DNA from: Chrysomallon squamiferum
Taxonomy: Eukaryota > Animalia > Mollusca
Direction: 5' to 3'
Length of the DNA stretch: 64,000 bases
Assembly: GCA_012295275.1 (NCBI GenBank)
Contig: CM022665.1
Location: forward strand, 25,668,001-25,732,000
Part shown: one piece after another, positions 59,501 through 64,000 of the stretch
Layout: each line of letters opens with the position of its first letter
Numbering within the stretch: position 1 is the stretch's first letter
Made by a program: the position numbers and the translations under genes
Notes under the pieces: generated by a model
Databases searched by the model: none
What the model was told of the DNA's origin: nothing
The model's input: only the letters and a program-made list of their open reading frames with translations

Positions 59501-62500
59501 GTACTAATCAACTAATATTCTTTAAATTGTGTATAACAATTTTAACATGACATTATAATAACTTTTGTTTTGTACCAGCTTGACAAAGAGATGGTACTAA
59601 AAATGTACAAGGATATGACTTTGTTAAATACGATGGATCGGGTACTCTACGAATCTCAAAGACAGGGACGAATATCATTTTATATGACAAACTATGGTGA
59701 GGAAGGAACTCACATTGGTTCTGCATCTGCACTGGATCCTAAGGATTTGATTTTTGGACAGTATAGGGAGGCTGGTAAGCAAATCAAAATTAGTAATCAT
59801 GGTGAATTTTTTCCATCTCCCAAAAAGAATCAAACCCTGAACCAGAATGATATATTTAATTAAGTGCTTGTCAGTCTGATACATCAGTGAAGTGTTTTTT
59901 AAAGGTTTTTTTGTGTAACAACAACTGCATCTGTATTTGTGTTACCAACTCAGTATAAATAAGAAATAATATTAAAATGTTATTAAGTTATAGTTGTATT
60001 ATTTACCTATGTTGAAAGAATACTTTTACACATCTTTCTTGTGTATTTTAAGCCATTAGAATTCAGTTCAAATAACATTTTTATTATTTTAATACAGTTT
60101 TTTTCAGGTCACAGATTACTGATATTTTATTTATGTTTCAGGTGTTCTGATGTGGCGTGGATTCACGTTAGATCAGTTTATGAATCAGTGTTATGGGAAC
60201 CATCTTGATGCTGGAAAAGGCCGACAGATGCCTGTGCATTATGGTTCTAGAAAACTCAACTTTGTAACAATATCTTCACCTCTTGCAACCCAGATGCCAC
60301 AAGGTATATTTTAATAACAGTGTTAGAAGAATTTTCTGTGTTTTTTTCACATAGATAACAATACCATACATTTGGTGGTAACTTAAATTTTCTTCTCAAT
60401 AACAATTTCAGTCCTAATAATATTTAGTTTTATAAAAATAGCTTATAACATCTGCATCAAAATTAGCACAGCTTTTAAGAAATAACAGAAAAAGTGATAT
60501 TTCAGCACAGAAGTAAAAAAAAAAAAAAAAAGAAGAAAAAAAAAAAAGGTGTTCATAGTTTATAATTGCTGCATTGATCATACTTTATATATTTAATGGA
60601 CTTTAATAGTATGTAATCTTTAGTTTATTTTCGCTGTTTTAGCTGCTGGTGCAGCTTATGCATTCAAAGTACAAAACAAAGGAAACTGTGTGATTTGTTA
60701 CTTTGGAGAAGGTGCAGCTTCAGAGGGAGATGCTCATGCAGCATTTAACTTTTCAGCTGTTCTTGACTGTCCAATCATTTTCTTCTGGTAATTTGGAAAA
60801 CATTATTCAGACCTTTTTGTCAAGTCTTTTCTTTTGTATGTTTTATACTTCATAATGAAATAATGATCGAAAATGAACTATTTTATTAAAATTTGTAGAG
60901 AAATTGATAAAATTCAGTGGTTTTAAAATCTGTGATTGAAATAGGTTTTAGGAACTAGAAGTATAGTATGGTCCATGAGGCTAAGATTAAGAAAAAAAAA
61001 GTAAAAATCATAAGCTGAGTATTTTTATTATAATTTATTTCTTCATCAAACTGAAGAAGCTGTCTAAATGTGTTCTTTTGCATTTGTTAATTTACATCAG
61101 TATGGAATTTACAGATATCTGATAATGTACAATGCAGTATTCCCACTTGCATTATTGGTTTGCTAAATAAATGTATCTAACTGCATATTAGTACATAAAC
61201 TGAACACTAATAGTAGGAGAATACTTTCCTCCTGCCTAGGCCCCATTTCCAGCAGTGTTTAAAATGTTTGTTTTTGTTTGTAATATCTGATCATTTCATT
61301 TTCAGTCGAAATAATGGATATGCTATTTCCACACCAACAAAAGATCAGTATAAAGGTGATGGCATTGGTAAGTTATAAATTTTAAAACTAATATTTACCT
61401 GATCTTCATATTATTACAAGCATTGGAACTGTGGCATCTAGGCTTTAAATAACTTACTTTTCAAAAGAAAGATAACATTTTTCCTTTTTGCCATATTTGT
61501 AATTTAAAATGAGGGATAGAACTATTTTTTTCTTCAAATAGTTTAACACAAATAACATTTTTAAAGAACACTATAAAGTTCAAATATTAATTAATTTTAT
61601 AATTTTTTGTACTAAACTAATATTTATCTAAATTTCTTTTACCATATATACTATTTATTTTATTATTGTTTTTCCTTTCATTTTCAGCTGCTCCTGAAAA
61701 TATTTTATCTGTGGTTTTTGGAAACATTTGTTTATTACAGAAATCATGTTTTGTTTATGTTTGGTTTTTCAGCATCAAGGGGCCCAGGGTATGGTATTAT
61801 AACAGTTAGAGTTGACGGAAATGATGTGTTTGCAGTTTATAATGCCACGAAGCATGCCAGAGATATTTGTGTTTCTCAGAACAGACCAGTTCTCATTGAA
61901 GCAATGACATACAGGTAAAACCCTAACTAATTTGGTGGGTTTTTTTTTAATGATTTGCCTAAATAGATCACATCTATATGTTTATATAGAATGCTTCTGT
62001 TTAAAATGGTTTATTAACAGCCAGTGGTTTTTCCATTCATAAAAATTATTGTGTATCTGAAAAGAATTTCCAATATCTTGGTACTTTTTGAAAAAATAAG
62101 TAACTCAATCAAGTCAGTGTATTAATAAATAACAGTGTATATAATACCATTTTGTTTCTTATTTAGTGTTTTCTTTATAAGAAACTGTTGTGGTAAGTCC
62201 CAGTGAGTGATGGTGGAACTACTTTCAGCTGCTGTCAGTATATGACAGATACTGTAACTGTTCAATAAATGTAAAGTTTACTTGTGTTACTTTGCACCCA
62301 AAGGCTGATCAATTTTTTATCCTGGCTTGTTGTTAAGCTCATTCAGTCACTGTATTATTTGAAAAAATATATGTAAAATTAACTGGGCACATATTATACA
62401 GAGCTTGACCACTCTTTATCAGCAGGCCAGTCGGGTATTTCTGAGTAATGAACATAGGTAAGTGATGTGTCAGTACCCCCTTTTACATATTTTCCTATTA

Positions 62501-63303
62501 CAAGGAGGGTTTATTCTTTGAAAACAAAAATATAATTTTATAATGTTCAAAACCAAAATATTATAAGCATTTAATAGATTTTTATTTGTTTCTTTAGAAT
62601 TGGACATCACAGTACATCTGATGACAGTTCTGTTTATCGGTCAGTAGATGAAGTGAGTTACTGGGACAAACAAGATAACCCAATTACACGTCTTCGACAT
62701 TACATGGAAAACCAAGGCTATTGGGATGAAGAACATGAAAAAGAATGGAAGCTGGAATCTAGAAAAATGGTCAGCATTTCATTTATTTGTGTTAGGCACA
62801 CAGAATTTATTGATTTACTTTAATCTTTCAGTTTTAAGAAAATTACTCCAAAATAAAAATATTTCAAATGTTTCCACTAACCATTCAATCAGGTTTTAAT
62901 TTTTAATATTCTAGATGTGTATAGCATTTACTTTTTAAAATTTAGGTTTTATTTTGAAAAATAAAATATATTTTAGTTATTTTTGAAAAGAACATTAAAA
63001 AAAAAAAAAAAAAATTTAAATGAAAGAAAGATTAATTCATTAAATGATCCAACAAAGTTAGCATTTAAAAATATACTGGATTTTTTAAATAATAATATTG
63101 TAAATTAGGTAAATAATTTTATTCAGGTTATGAAAGCATTTGCAGAAGCAGAAAATCGAAAGAAGCCAAATCCTGAAGAATTGTTCAAGGATGTGTATGA
63201 CAAAATGCCACGTCATTTAGAGGAGCAAATGGAAGACATGAAGAAACATGTTCTACAGTATAAAGAACATTATCCATTGGAACACCATGAGAAAATGTCT
63301 TAA
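56593..63303 (+). CDS. BCKDHA: 2-oxoisovalerate dehydrogenase E1 alpha subunit, mitochondrial (442 aa)
   Basis: Exons 56593-56682 (transit-peptide-like), 58873-59055, 59579-59774, 60142-60303, 60643-60787, 61306-61367, 61773-61914, 62598-62769, 63127-63303. Motifs [25 protein letters not shown]-binding GEGAASEGD...[14 protein letters not shown]. Confidence 0.96.
57555..57674. repeat. Degenerate ~33-bp minisatellite (CACTTTTTAGCACCA...)
   Basis: About four imperfect units in BCKDHA intron 1. Confidence 0.6.
57918..58207. mobile_element. hAT-superfamily (Charlie-like) MITE, 290 bp
   Basis: Perfect 16-bp TIRs CAGGGGTTTTCAAACT / AGTTTGAAAACCCCTG and a perfect 8-bp TSD ATCTAAAT (57910-57917, 58208-58215). 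Confidence 0.92.
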
Positions 63304-64000
63304 ACTTTTGTTGTGAAAAATAAGTATCTATTATAGGGTTCCATGGGACTCATCTGTTTATATTCTGAGTGGTCTGAACTTGAAAACCAAAGGGTAGCAG
63401 TGAAGTTATGACTATATAAATAAATAAAGAAGAGAAAAGTGAGGTGTTCATTGTTGTTTTACCATAATTTTATTTATTCAGATGACAGTATATTGTTTCC
63501 TTTGTTTTAGGTACTTAGCAAACAGCTATGGCATAGAAAGGACCATTCATTTTAATAAACTCTGTCTTTTGAAGTACTGAATGCTTTGGCAGCATTTTTC
63601 AAGACTGCTAGCAAATAAATACTGACAAATCATAGCCATACATCTTACTATTAAAAAAATTAATGCATTTATATTAAATGTTAAACTTGCATCATATAGG
63701 AAATTAATTCATTTGTATTAACTTCCATATTCATGTTACTTAGTACTGAATTCCATAATCTTTTTTTTTAATCATGCAAATAACTAAATAAATATATCTT
63801 TCAGATTGTTAATATTTGTTAAGTCAGTAAGCAGAAATACATAGTTGGTCATTTAGTTATTTTATTGGCTGCACCCTTTTTTTTAATAAATGTACATTTA
63901 AAAAAATACATTTGCTAATCTGTTTCTGCTTTTACAGTAATATCTATTGTATATATGCATACATGTATTTCTCTAAATTATTAAATTGATACATTTTTTC

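Overview
AT-rich, microsatellite-dense eukaryotic DNA with GT-AG introns, from an invertebrate animal (probably a lophotrochozoan or mollusc; this is inference only). Four conserved multi-exon housekeeping genes can be rebuilt from splice sites: RTF1 (3' part, +), a B3GAT3-like glucuronosyltransferase (+), DESI2/PPPDE1 (-) and BCKDHA (+, head-to-head with DESI2). Between RTF1 and B3GAT lies a minus-strand tandem array (18.7-41.7 kb) of three-exon PMP22/claudin-superfamily tetraspan genes (W...GLW..C...C motif). It has four intact genes and three broken remnants, partly produced by a recent ~10 kb segmental duplication. The main observation is that two recently duplicated paralogues are almost identical in introns and transmembrane exons (3 synonymous, 0 non-synonymous changes), yet differ by about 15 substitutions, all in amino-acid-changing codons, plus a 12-nt indel, confined to extracellular loop 1. 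This suggests a diversifying cell-surface recognition locus. Also present: a probable stop-loss C-terminal extension, a shared promoter motif, a young non-LTR retroelement with a 10-bp TSD, a hAT MITE and an orphan ORF.
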